The notes under the pieces: model-generated
The model's database searches: none
Told to the model about the DNA's origin: nothing
The model's input: only the letters and a program-made list of their open reading frames with translations
Part shown: one piece after another, positions 10,858 through 23,782 of the stretch
How positions within the stretch are numbered: the stretch's first letter is position 1
Layout: each line of letters begins with the position of its first letter
Origin: Hypanus sabinus
Taxonomy: Eukaryota
Length of the DNA stretch: 64,000 nt
NCBI RefSeq assembly: GCF_030144855.1
Contig: NC_082722.1
Coordinates: forward strand, 1,612,001-1,676,000
Direction: 5' to 3'
Translations under genes and position numbers: made by a program

Positions 10858-13800
10858 AAGTAAATGCCTTAAAGGCAACCCACTCCCCGCTTGACCCTTG
10901 TAAGATCACCATGAACATGATACAGAACTTTAGACACTGGATCAGTCATTAAGTAGATGAAGAAGGACTTTTGCAACTGGTCTTTGGCAAGTTTTCACAT
11001 CACCTTGGTCAGAAGTTTTTAACTCAACCTTCCTGACATGTCCATCCCTACCAGGGAATGTGGCAGTGATTCTGGCCATTGGCCAGCAGTTGCAGGTGAT
11101 CTGCTTCTCCCTGAGCAGGACTAGACCTCCAACTTGAAGGTTCCTGCGAGGTTCTATCCATTTCTGTCTGTGTTGCAACAAAGGTAGATATTCATGGCTC
11201 CAACAGGACCAGAACTGATTTTCAAGAGCCTAAACCTATTTCCATTGCTTTTTGTACAAGTCCTTGTCTGAGAAGTCCCCAGGTGGAGGGGGAACTCCTG
11301 CCTTCTGCATAAGGAGCATTGATGGCAAGAGTATGAAGGGGCTTTCCAGGTCGGAAGACACAGGTAGGAGTGGTCGTGCATTTATAATGGCTGTGACCTC
11401 TGCCATTAGTGTGCACAGTACCACGTGGGTCAGTCGGGTGCGTTGCTGCAGAAACGTTGAATCAAGGATCCTTCTGGCGATGCCAATCATCCGCTCCCAA
11501 GAACCTTCCATGTGAGAGGCGAGCGGTGTGTTGAATTCCCAGTTGAATCCCTGCTCACTGGTGTACCTTTGCAACTTTTTTTCCATCCCAAGCTGCTTGG
11601 ACGCTCCAACAAAGTTCGTGCCACAGTCAGATCTTAACTGTTTTGCAGGGCCTCTTAGTGCAAAGAAGCACCTGAGAGCATTAATGCAGCTGGATGTATC
11701 CAAAGATTCGATGACCTCAATGTGTACCGCTCTTGAACTCATGCAGCTGAACATGATGGCCCACCGTTTCTTCTCTGCTTGTCCTCCTCTGGTGCGTCTT
11801 GTAGTGATAGTCCAGGGACCAAATATATCGAGCCCCACATATGTAAAAGGAGGGCAGACTTTGAGGCATTCTGGTGGGAGGTCCGCCATATGTTGAGCTT
11901 CCAGCTGCAGTTTGCGGCAGGTTACACATCTGTGGAGTTCTCAATTGATCCACAGTCCCGCTGCCCTGATTGCTCCCTCTGTCAGGTGACGGCCCTAATG
12001 CCTTACCTGTTCGTGCTGGTGGCGTGTGAACAGTAAGGACACGTGGTTGTCTTTGGGTAGGATTACTGGGCTCTTTTCTACAGCTGAAAGGCGAGAGTGT
12101 ATTAACCGGCCTCCAATGCAAATGACATCATTCTTCAGGATCGGGCTGAGTTTCCTCAAAGGGCTGTCCTTTGGTATTGGTTTATTAGCTTGGAGGGCCG
12201 AAAACTCCTTTGCAAACGCTGCTCTTTGAACTGCTTTAAGGATGACGTCCTCTGCCTGGGTCAATTCGTCTGCAGTGTGAGGTAAGTCACATTTGTGCCA
12301 TCCCTTGCATTCACTATTTTGTGATGAGTGTTTGTGGGATCTGGCCACGTGGATGAGGAACGCAAATCCTCTCACTAAGGAATTCAAGGTGGAGAACTGC
12401 TGAAAGCATTCAGTATTGATTCTTCCAGGTAGATGACACTGGTTTGTATTTGCGGCCGTATTTCTGAGTCCCTTTCGGGTTCGATCAGCTCAAATGCCTC
12501 ACTCGTTTGAGTTTTTTCCGTTGATGGAGCAGGTTTATTATCATGCTCAGTTTGAGTGAAGACTGACTGCCCCAGTGTATTCTTGGTTACTTTACTACAC
12601 TTGCTAAAGCCTTGTTGTGCTTCCGGGATACACATAAAGCTTGTGCAGGGTTGAAAAATTGAATGGCAGCCACTCTCTAGCACATTGATCTTAAGCTTGT
12701 TAACTGTCGGTTTTTGTACATTGCCAAGGCACACCTCTCCTATCACCATCCAGCTCAGATCCAGGTGTTGGGCAAAGGGGGCTTCGTGTGGTCCAATGAC
12801 CTGCTGCCTGACCTTGTGCACCCTGAGAACATCTCTTCCAAGTAGCAGGAATATTTCTGCTTTTGGATCCAGTCCTGGGATGCGCTTGGCAATTTGGTGG
12901 AGATGTGGCTGGTGTAGCACTGCGCTTGACGTCGGAATCTCGGTGCAGTTATTCAAAATTTCATTGCACTCCAAGAGTGGAGGGAGATAGATGAAAACTT
13001 TACCTTCCAGCGACTTGAGCTGAAAGCCTTTTGCCTTCCTGCCATATGTTCCTACGCTGCCTGAGCAAGTTCTAAGGTAGTATAGGAATTGATTACACTC
13101 TATGCTGAATAACTCGAAGAACTCTGGTCTGACTAGAGAGCGGTTGCTCTGGATGTTCAGAATTACATAGGCTTTGATGGCCTTGTCTTTGGCTCCCTTA
13201 GGGTATACCTTGGCGAGGCAGATCTTTGAGCACGAATGGCTTGAATGACCTTGACTGCAAACTTCTGTGCAGCCCCAGCTGACAACCATTTTATCAGGGT
13301 GATCCTCTAACTTCCCACCGTCCCCTTGTGAGAGTGAAGGAGCTTAGTCAGTTTGCGGTGACGGGCCGGGATGCATGGCCCGATCATGATTAGTGCTGTT
13401 GCATTCCGACCACTTTACAGAGAATGTACACTCTGTAGCGAGGTGAGAGGTAGAGGAACAGCATTTAAAACTTACCCTTTTCTCCTTCAGAAGAGCCTTT
13501 CTCTTGACAAAGGTTTTTTTTCGAAAACATTCTGCATTTTTTGAGGGGGTGGGGTTTGTTGTTCAATGGACAATTCTTGCTAAGGTCATTGTTAGTTGTG
13601 GAAACTTCAGTTTTACGCACTGAGACGGGTTTATTGATGTTAAAATTGTTCAAAGTGGATTTGACTGACTTGGTGTGAGTTATACTGCTACCTTGACTCG
13701 TGAAGCTAGGGTCGTTTAGCTTCTTCGCCTCCTTACAGACAAACCTAGTGAAATACAAAGGGACGGAATCGATCACCGTTCTCTTCCTTGTACTCCGAGC

Positions 13801-16800
13801 CAATAGACACCCACCTTTCCTGCAGCCCAAATGGAAGTTTGTCCACAATTGGTCCAATTTCGTATGAATTTTCTAGATATCACAGGCCAGTTAAATAGCC
13901 ATCTTCTTTAGCGCCTTCAATCTCCATGAGTAAATCTCCGAGTTCTCTTAGTTTAGTGTGGTCCTTGGCTGACACTCTAGGAAAATTTTCCAGCCATCGA
14001 AATAGTGCCGTTTCAATAATTTCAGGGCCGCATAGCAATCCTGAAGTCTCTTCTATGCTTTGCGTAAGGCTAGCTTGGGGTTGTTGACATACATTGAACG
14101 TATGCGTTTCAGCTCTTCACATGATTTCTTTCCCAGCCATTTAGTCATAAGGTCCAACTCTTGGATTGCTGTGAGCTGGACTCCACTGGTGGCATTGGCG
14201 AATGAGGAGTACCATGCACGGTAATTTTCAGGCTTATCGTCATACAGGTATAGTCCTGAAGTGACAATATTTTGTCGTGCTAAATACGGTGCCAAGGTTT
14301 CTTTTTTTTGTAATTTTTTTATATTGGTTTATCATCAAACAAACATTTCCATAAGATGTATTTCAGACATTCTACATAGATATCATATATATGTCATAAA
14401 TCTCCACGAAGTATTTATCTGAGGTATACACTTATAGAAGAGTGGAAATAAAAAAAAAACAAGCAAAAGGAAAAAAAACTATGTACAAGGGAGTGATTTT
14501 TTTTACACCATATTCATTGATCTGTGAGAATAAAATCAGGCCTATGAGGCATTATGTAGTTAAACCATTTTCCCAGTATGAATCAAATTGTTCCAGCTTA
14601 TGATTAACAGCTGCTGTTATCTTCTTCATTTTGTAAAGGTCCATTGTAATTTCCATCCATGTATTTAAAGTTGGGCTCTCCTGTGGTAACCATTTCCTAG
14701 TAAGAGTCTTTTTACCAGCCACCAGCAGTATATTCATTAAATATTTATCTCTTTTCAACCATTCTTGAGGTATATATCTAAAATATATGGTCTTACTCTC
14801 TAACGGTATTTCACATTTAAAAATGTCTTGTAGGGCATTGTGTATCCCCTTCCAATAGTCTTTGATAACAGGGCAGTCTCATAAAATATGATAATGATTT
14901 GCATTTTGATTTCCACAATTTCTCCAGCAAATAGGGAGGTTACTATCATAATGGGATTTCTGAGAGGGTGTAATAAAATACCTTATCAAGTTTTTCCATC
15001 CAAACTCCCTCCATTTCTGTGAACTGGTACACTTCCATTGATAGCTTCATATTTTTGTCCATTCTTCCTCAGATATAATTATTCCTCTCCTTCCTTCTCC
15101 CATTTTGTTTTAATGCATGAAGTTGAATGTGTTTTAAGATTTGACAACCCCACATACATGCTTGAAATGATTCTACTACCGTTATCTGAATTATATACTT
15201 TTCTAAATAGCTCTATCAAGCATGTACTTGACTTGGTTACATTTTTAAGCATCTTATTAACATATTGTCGCATCTGTAAATACCGATAAAAATCTTGTTT
15301 TTCTAATAAGTGTTTCTCTTTAAGCATTTCAAAACTGAACATTGTTCCTTCTTTCATTATGTTGCAAAGAACTGTTATTCCTTTAGCTGTCCGGTTCTTA
15401 AATCTAGCATTCAATTTATTTGGTGTAAAATCCGAGTCATATGCACATCATTTAAGAATTGCAATATCTCCCTTTAGATTATATTCTTTTATAGTAGTTT
15501 TCCATATTTTAAGAGTCAATTTCACCCATGGGTTATCAATAGTATTTATGTACCTTTGCAGGTTTTTATCAGCCAAAATTGCTTGTATGGGGATGGGAAG
15601 TACCTACTCCTCAATGTTTTTCCATTGAGCGTCATATGATGGGTTGCACCAACATATCACAGCTCTCAACAATAATAATCTGCAAAATAATAATCTCTAA
15701 GAGAAGGTAAGCCCCATCCCCACTTTTCATTTGCTAATTGCAAAGTTTTGAGAACAACTCTAGGTCTTTTACCCTGCCAAATATACCTTGATAACATCTT
15801 ATTCAATTCATTGAATTGATTTTGATTAATCTCTATTGGTAAGGTCTGAAAGAGATATAACAGTCTAACAGTCTGGGCAGTATATTCATTTTAGTAGACT
15901 CAATCCTTGAACTGAGACTGAAAAAAAAAATGAGGTTCCATCTTGCCATATCTTCCATTTTTTTATATAAAGGTTGATACAAATCTTTTGGCATAATGAT
16001 GTCCAGATATTTGAAAGACTCTGTTTGCCATGCCCAGGGATATCTACTTTCAATTTCTCTAGGTGGGCCATAGTAATATGAAAGTAACTGGGTTTTATCT
16101 GTGTTGATCTTGTATCCTGATAATTGACCATATTGTTCAAAATATTGCATCAATTTAGGTAAAGCGTATGTTGGTTGCCCTAAATAGATCAAAATGTCAT
16201 CCACATAACAAGCCAATTTATGCTTTCTCCCTTTAATAATAATTCCTCTGATATCTTCATTTTGTCTGATGTATTGAGCTAATGGTTCCAGATATAAAGC
16301 GAAGAGTAGAGGTGACCATGCACAACCCTGTCTTGTGTCCCTTTCTAGGGTAAAACTATTAGATAAATATCCATTGATTTCAATACGAGCAGTAGGGTTG
16401 TCATATAGTGTCTGTATATTTTTAATAATTGTGTCTTGGAAACCAAATCTATGTAAAACTCTGTAAAGAAAATTCCAATTAACTGAATTAAATGTCTTTT
16501 CGGCGTCCACGCTTATCACTATTGCTTCGATTTTATTTTTTTGTATATGATCCATAATGTGAAGTGTCCTTCGTATATTGTCTTATGCCTGGCGTTGTCG
16601 TATAAAACCTGTCTGATCGTTACATATCAGTATTGGTAGAAACTCCTCTAATCATTTGGCCATGATGGAGGCAAATAATCTATAATCTACATTAAGAATG
16701 GATATTGGTCTAAATGACCCGCATTCCATTTTATCCTTGCCTTCATTCGGTATAGCTGAGATTATCGCTTCCTTCCAACTGGGTGGCATTTGTGCCTTTT

Positions 16801-17793
16801 TTAGAGCCCAGTTCAGTGTGGGGAGTAAAACAGGAATTAACTCATTTTTAAATTCTTTGTACCACTCTGTCATATACCCATCTGATCCTGGTGACTCGCT
16901 TAGTTTAATCCTACTAATTGCAGCTTTTAATTCAACTTCAGTTATATCAGCAGTCATCATTCTATTTTGCTCTTCGTTTAAAGTGGGTAACTCTAGAGAA
17001 TTCAAGAAGGTGTCAATTTAGGTTATGCTTCCCCCTGGAACTTCGGAATATAGAGTTTTGTAAAACACTTCAAAAGCTTCTTGAGCTTCACTTAGCTTAT
17101 TTTTTTATATATCATTTTCGTTCTTGGGTCCCTAATTCTATGAATTGTATTTTCCGCTATCTTTTTTTTTTCAGTTTCCACGTCAGTATTTTTACAGACT
17201 CAGATCCACTTTCATAACGTCTGTTTCAGAAACATAAAATTTTCCCTGATTTCTTACAGAGCCAAACTATTTATTTCATTCCTAATTTTTTAAATTTCCC
17301 CTACTGTATCCTGGGCTAAATTCAATTTGTGGTTTTTCTCTGGTTCCTTCAGCCTATTTTGTAATTCCTCTAATGTATTATTCCTTATTTTTTTCTTATA
17401 TGAAGATATCGCTATAATTTTCCCTCTTAGACAGCCTTCAGAGTATCCCATAAAATGGGAGGTGAAACCTCTCCATTATCATTAAATTCTAAGTGGAAAC
17501 CAATTTCTTTTTTAATTTTTTCCTTAAAGTAGGGATAATTGAGTAGACTTGAATATAGTTTCCAATAGTATTCTTTGGTTGTAGGTCAAAATCAACAAAT
17601 AAATATATAGGCGCATGGTCACTTACATCTATTGTGCCAATTCCACAGATGTTTATTTTGTCTTTGTCTTTTCCAAACGTTATGAAATAGCCTATTCCTG
17701 TATATACAGAATGGGGAGCAGAATAATGAGTGTAATCCCTTCTGTCAGGGAAAAGGTCCATCCATATATCAATTAAACTAACATCCTCAAAAA

Positions 17794-18304
17794 CTCCCAT
17801 TCCCATTCTGATATGTCTATCCATGGCCTCCTCTATTGTCAAAATGAACCCAAACTCAATTTGGAGGAACAACACCTCATATACCGGCTGGGTAGCCTCC
17901 AACCTGATGGCATGAACGTTGACTTCTCTAACTTCCATTAATGCCCCTCCTCCCCTTCTTACTCCATCCCTGACATACTTAGTTGTTTGCCTGTTCTCCA
18001 TCTCCCTCTGGTGCTTCCCCCTCCCCCTTTCTTTCTCCCTAGGCCTCTGGTGTCATGATCCTTTCCCTTCTCCAGCTCTGTATTACTTTCCCCAATCATA
18101 TTTCCAGCTCTTAGCTTCATCCCACCCCCTCCGGACTTCTTCTATCATTTCGCATTTCCCCCTCCCCACACTACTTTCAATTCTCTTACTATCTTTCCTT
18201 TCAGTTAGTCTTGACGAAGGGTCTCGGCCCGAAACTTCGACAGTGCTTCTCCTTATAGATGCTGCCTGGCCTGCTGTGTCCCACCAGCATTTTGTGTGTG
18301 TTGT
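17794..18304 (+). mobile_element. PLE 3' fragment nested in the L1 endonuclease region
   Basis: GIY-YIG tail plus pseudo-LTR; flanked by tcctcaaaaa (17784-17793) / tcctcagaaa (18305-18314). Confidence 0.88.
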
Positions 18305-18390
18305 TCCTCAGAAAGTGTATTAACTTCCTTATGTTAGGATTTTGTTTCATAGGTGTTTCTATTGGAAGAGACTAAGTTTGGTTATAATTG

Positions 18391-18460
18391 TATATATATA
18401 TCTATATATACACATACACATATATGCACTCACACACACACACATACCTATATATATATA
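18391..18460. repeat. (TA)n/(CA)n compound microsatellite in the L1 inter-ORF region
   Basis: Directly visible; L1 ORF2 resumes mid-endonuclease next to it. Confidence 0.9.
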
Positions 18461-20541
18461 TTCTGATTTTGGTTGGGAAAAAGGAGTAAGTGAGTGAAAA
18501 AAGAATAACAACTAAGTAATAAAAAATCCGCATTATAATAAGTATTTCTCGAGATAGGTATATCACCCTCTACTTTTGCTTCTGTTTAGCTTCTCAACAT
18601 TTTTAAAGTGAGCCAAACCTTATGGCCGTTCTGGAGGGGGTGAGGACTGTCTTTGGAAAACTCCCAGTCTCTTCCTGATATACTTCTCTTGGCCTCCTCT
18701 CATCTCTTGCCTTCTCGATTCTCACACTATTTCCCAAGCGGAGTGGGATAATTCCTCTGCCAGGCCTTCCCTCGGTTTGATCATGCTGACGGACCAACCC
18801 TCTGGCCTTCATGTCTGTAGTCGCCTCTTCCACTGTCTGATACAGTTGGATCCCATCTTGATAAAACAGTCGAAGTTTAGCAGGGTACCGAGTTTGAAAT
18901 CGAATCCTTTCTTGCTTAAGTATTCGCTATACTTCAGAGTATTCTTTATGTTTCTGCAGGACCGCGGGGGTTGGGGGTAATCTTGGTTGAAATATATTAA
19001 TTTATCGTCTAAAACATCCTCTTCTTACCCCTGGCCCTTCATAGAATCTCCACCTAGGTACTGTACCGAAGGAATTTAATTTTTATTGAGCTTGGCTTAT
19101 CTACTCTATCTTGGGTAGGTTTTGGGACAAGCGCACGATGCGCTCTCTCAATTTCCAGCTCCATAGTTGAAGGAAGCTCCAGCGCATTCCGCCGCAACTT
19201 TCCGACAAACTCCGTCATAAACAAGCCCTCTGCTCCCTCAGGAACGTTGTATATTCTGATATTTTTCTGCCGTGATCTTCCCTCCAGGTAAGCGGTTTAC
19301 CTTCTTGTTGATTTAATATTTTTATCGTCTTACTTATTCATTCCACGTTTTGAATGCGATCTTCCACCTTTTCAATTCCAGTCTCTGCCACAGCTATTTT
19401 TTGATTGACGTTGGTGAGTTCTGACTTAGTATCATCTAGCTGCTGTTTTATATCTTTCTGGAACACGTTTATCTCTTTCAAAATTTCAATCATATTTGCT
19501 GCTTCACCTGAACAAGGCCCAGCGTCCACCTTGCTGGTGCGCGGTCGGGTCGGAGATCCACTCGCTGCACTCCTCTCGGTCACAGGCTCTGCAGTGTTAC
19601 TTTTTATATTTCCATTCTTTTTCCCCATTCTTGCCCCTCTTATCAGTTCAGATACTTCCGAAATATATTATATTTGATGGGTGAACGGGGCTTAATATGC
19701 ACTTTTCCAGAGGAGCTAGTGACTTAAGCTGCCAATCTTGATGATGACGTCACCGGAACCATGGAGCCAAGGACTCTGCTACAAATGATGTGCGGGCCGG
19801 GGGAATATGTCTGTGGGCATATGACTGAGCGTGTACGTTCATGATGGAATTTGCTCATTCTGACTTCAGCTTCTGCCTCTTCTCTTGCCAAATCTGCTAA
19901 GTTTGGTGTCGAGAAGTATTTGTCGTCAGCCCTTTCATTCTTGAGTTCTTCGAAAGGTTGCAAGTGTAAATTGTCATCCTCAGATGGATGCGATGCAATT
20001 GGGCTTCCCTGTGACTCCTCATGAAATGGGATGTTAGCAGATAAGTATGGAGAGGAAGAACAAATCTTCAGGTCATTTTGAGATTGGTCATATTTGCTAG
20101 TACGTTCCAATCTGGTCCTTTCTGAAGTAGATTTTACTTCATCTAGAACGTACATTTCTTCACGGCTTCTAATAGTTCTGCTTTCACCGTGGCAGCATTG
20201 GCTTCTCGGCGTAGTGCCAGCACTTCTAACTCTGTTTCTATCCTTACTTTTACCAACTTGTTTTTGGCTTCTCTGGCAGCCTCTTCCCTCTGGTTTTCCG
20301 ATTCTCTGGCAGCTGTTTTCCTTTCGGTTTTCCAATTCTCTGGCAGCCTTTTCCATTTTCAGTTTTGCTTCTTGTTCAGCGTATGCCGCTCGCACGTTGG
20401 CGGCTCCTGCTTTAACTCTTGCGAGGTCAGCCTTACTTGCTGATGTCCTACTGCTCTTGGCACTGGATGTCAACGACTTGACGCTTGATCGCGAGGCCAC
20501 CGTACCACTTGTCGAAACACCTGGTAATGCTGCCTTTTCAC

Positions 20542-21249
20542 TGTAGTGTTCTCGTGCAGTGTGTAGAAACTCTGAACAAAACACCAAGCTAAACCGTAGC
20601 CAATGAGGACAGGATCGCAGTAAGATTAACCATTTGCTGTTCACTCTTCCACTTTAACGTATGGTGAAAACTGTCGATAAAACAATACAAAATATACAGT
20701 ATTTGTTTCCTTCTTGGCATCACATTTGCATCATAAGGACTTGTAAAAGTAAAGCTGCAAACTATATTACATTTAAGTCTCATTAAAGTACAACATACAG
20801 TCAGAATCTACCTACGCCATTAACAGCTTTAAATACACTTCAACATAAACTTTCCAGCAACGCTTTCAATAGGAAAATAAACTTCATCAACCGTCATTTC
20901 TTTTAACAGAATCAGCGTTAACATTTTTATTTCAATATATCAACTGTCATATGAACTTATGGCGTTGCTTCTATGATGTTTCTTAGTGCGTAGAAATTGA
21001 ACTTTTCTCACGTTGATCCTGCACACCCAAGCCCCCGCCTTTCCATTTCTCCAAACTGGTATTTGCCCACAAGACGTGGCGATACCAGGTGTTACGTCAT
21101 CACATGCCGCAAAGCATCACAGATAATGAATATACCTTTAACAACTGCAACGTAGTTATCAACCTTTAACTTTACCTAGAAAATAATTACAAATCAATTA
21201 CTAAAGCGAAAACGTAATAAAGCTAAATAAATGCCTTAAAGGCAACACA
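20542..21249 (-). repeat. BEL/Pao 5' LTR
   Basis: On the minus strand begins TGTGTTGCC and ends CACTACA, followed by GTGAAAAGG; matches 7437-8116. Confidence 0.9.
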
Positions 21250-21254
21250 GGCAA

Positions 21255-21960
21255 CTACATCAGTTCCAAGTACTGATCCATGCTCTTAGCTCGTCCGCTT
21301 TGTTCACAATATTCCTTGCGTTAAAATAGACTCATCTCAAACCGTCCGTCTGAGCGCGTCCTTTATCACCTGCCTTTCCTCCCTCACACACTTTCTACAA
21401 GCTTTCTCTATTTGTGGGACACCCTCCTCTTCTCCTGTTACTTCAGTTCGGTTCCTATCCGCCAACAATTCTTCTTTAAACTCTCCCCAGTAGCCGCTGC
21501 AAACCTCCCAGCCAGGATATTAGTCCCCTGGGTTTCAAGTGCTTCCTTTTTGTACAGGTCACACCTGCCCCAAAAGAGGTCCCAATGATCCAGAAATATG
21601 AATCCATGCCCCCTGCTTCAATCCATTACCCACGTATTTATCCTCCACCTCATTCTATTCCTACACTCACTGTCACGTGGCACAGGCAGTAATCCCGAGA
21701 TTACTACCTTTGAGGTACTGCTTCTCAACTTCCTTCCTAACTCCCTGTAGTCTATTTAAAGGACCTCTTCCCTTTTCCTACCTATGTCATTGGTACCAAT
21801 ATGTACCACGACCTCTGACTGTTCTCCCTCCCACTGCTGCCTCTCACTCCGCTGCCCGCTGGATATGGCGGTCTTCCTTTTAAACCTGTCGCGCTCCACT
21901 GGATGACGTCACACGTCTGTACAACCTTGTCTGTCTTTTACCTAGTAAAACAGCCTTCGC
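21255..21960 (-). mobile_element. CR1 LINE, 5' part (ORF1 and start of ORF2) of the copy split by BEL/Pao
   Basis: Continues the CR1 sequence broken at 7436 (…gttccaagtactgatccatgctc…); esterase-like ORF1 remnants. Confidence 0.85.
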
Positions 21961-22039
21961 TCTTGAAATCAGCCTTCTTGCACCGAATCTTATGAGAATA
22001 GGTTGAGTGAACTCGGCCTTTTTGTCCTTGAGCGACGGA

Positions 22040-22345
22040 GGATGAGTGGTGACCTGATAGAGGCGTATAAGACCATGAGAGGCATTGATGGTGTGGATAG
22101 TCAGAGGCTTTTACCTCAGGGCTGAAAAGGCTAACACGAGAGGTTTAAAGTGCTTGGAAGTAGGTACAGAAGAGATATCAGGGGTAGGTTTTTACGCAGA
22201 GAGTGATGAGCGCATGGAATGGGCTGCCGGCAACGGTTGTGGAGCCAGATATGTTAGGGTCTTTTAAGAGACTCCTGGATAGTTACATGAAGCTTCTAAA
22301 AAAAAAGGGCTATGGGTAAACCTAGGTAATTTCCATAGCAATCAC
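22040..22345 (+). mobile_element. CR1 3' fragment
   Basis: gacctgatagaggcgtataag…; degenerate C-terminal ORF2 sequence. Confidence 0.8.
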
Positions 22346-22385
22346 ACGTTCAGCAAAGCTTTCTGTAGCTGACGGTCCTGTATTG

Positions 22386-22595
22386 NNNNNNNNNNNNNNN
22401 NNNNNNNNNNNNNNNNNNNNNNNNNNNNNNNNNNNNNNNNNNNNNNNNNNNNNNNNNNNNNNNNNNNNNNNNNNNNNNNNNNNNNNNNNNNNNNNNNNNN
22501 NNNNNNNNNNNNNNNNNNNNNNNNNNNNNNNNNNNNNNNNNNNNNNNNNNNNNNNNNNNNNNNNNNNNNNNNNNNNNNNNNNNNNNNNNNNNNNN
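22386..22595. other. Assembly gap (210 N)
   Basis: N run. Confidence 1.
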
Positions 22596-22804
22596 AGATA
22601 AGTTTGGATAAGAAGACAAGAATGCACTACAATGATCGGGCTTATCACAAATAATAACGAGATGGGCTGCAGGGAAGGAGTCATCTGTCTGACACAGTGG
22701 TGTCAAGAAAATAACCTCTCCCTCAATGTCGCAAAAACAAAGGTACTGCTTGTGGATTACAGGAGGAATGGAGACGAGCCAATCACTATTGATATCAAGG
22801 TATC

Positions 22805-23644
22805 TGTCATATGGGGACAGGAGGCTGGACCCAAGTGCAGGACGCAGGTACTGAAGTAACAGGGGCAGGACAGAAACAATTCAACGATAGAAATGAGGTG
22901 GTGACCGTGGTGAGCGTGAGGGATGTGACGTTCAAGGTGATTCTGGGGTTCCGGGAGGGTCTTAGAGTTCAGGCAAGGCAGGATCCCGGAGTTCACTGGA
23001 CGGGCCGCATAACTCCTGGGCAGGGCCCGGACCTTCCAGGCAGGAACACGGGGGCCTGGGCAGGTCACGGGACACCTGGGTAGGTAGCGGGGCACAACCC
23101 GTCGACAACATGAGATAGGTAGGGGCATAGACCTCTGGGCGGGCCGTATAACTCCTAGGCAGAGCCTGGACCTCCCAGGCTGGAACACGGGGTCCTGAGC
23201 AGGTCGCGGGGCACCTGGGTAAGTTGCGGGGCACAACACATCGGCTGCAAGGGATAGAAAGGGGAAGAGTCCCCCTCTGGGCAACGGCAGTTCGGTCAGG
23301 CTTGCCCACCGGAGGCAAGGGATAGGAAGGGAACTCGGTCCAGGGTGACTGCCTGACTTACTCGAAGAATTCATCTTTAACAAGGGGAACTCCAAGCCAG
23401 GGCAACTGGAGGAACAGGATAGGCAGGACGATCCTGCAACTCCACTCAGTCCTAGAGCCCCCTAGATACACCGCCAGCCAATGGGCATCAGGAGCGCCTC
23501 CTTGAGCCCCAACAAGCCACGATGATCCACAGGTGTGACTAATTGGTCTCAAGGGCGAAAGGAGCGATGGCTACAAGACCCGGAGTCCAGAGTCCGCAGA
23601 CTGGATCAAGAACCAGAATGCAGGCTCCGGACTGGACCATAACA
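22805..23644. mobile_element. Solo LTR (840 bp) with an internal ~115-bp tandem duplication
   Basis: TGTCAT…TAACA termini; perfect 5-bp TSD gtatc (22800-22804 / 23645-23649). Confidence 0.85.
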
Positions 23645-23782
23645 GTATCTGGGTTTGAGCAGGTAAACAGCTTAAAGTTCCTTGTCATCCACATCACCAA
23701 GGACCTCACGTGGTCTGTACACACCAGCTGTGTGATGAAAAATTCTCACCATCGCCTCTTTTACCTCAGTCGGTTGATGAAG

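Larger units (their letters stand above)
14298..19760 (-). mobile_element. L1-clade LINE with both ends (5' UTR, ORF1, disrupted ORF2, poly-A) inserted in BEL gag
   Basis: ORF1 from 19628; ORF2 SFRPISILNVDYRL, SVDAEKTFNSV, TRQGCAWSPLLF, YVDDILIY; T-run at 14298; 12-bp TSD acggtgccaagg (14286-14297) / atggagccaagg (19761-19772). Confidence 0.93.
7437..21249 (-). mobile_element. BEL/Pao LTR retrotransposon with both LTRs, lacking RT/RNase H, carrying nested CR1 and L1
   Basis: Gag LYLYDDKPENYRAW, protease AYVILNIQSNRSL, integrase PPFTYVGLDIFGP/SDCGTNFVGA/WERMIG; purine tract GCGGGGAG before the 3' LTR; 5-bp TSD ggcca (7432-7436) / ggcaa (21250-21254). Confidence 0.92.

Noticed and set aside
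22322-22706. ORFs spanning N runs (also 40579-40857)
   Set aside because: Artefacts of assembly gaps.
22990-23260. Direct repeats in LTRs as a CRISPR-like array
   Set aside because: Only two long imperfect units, no unique spacers, eukaryotic LTR context.
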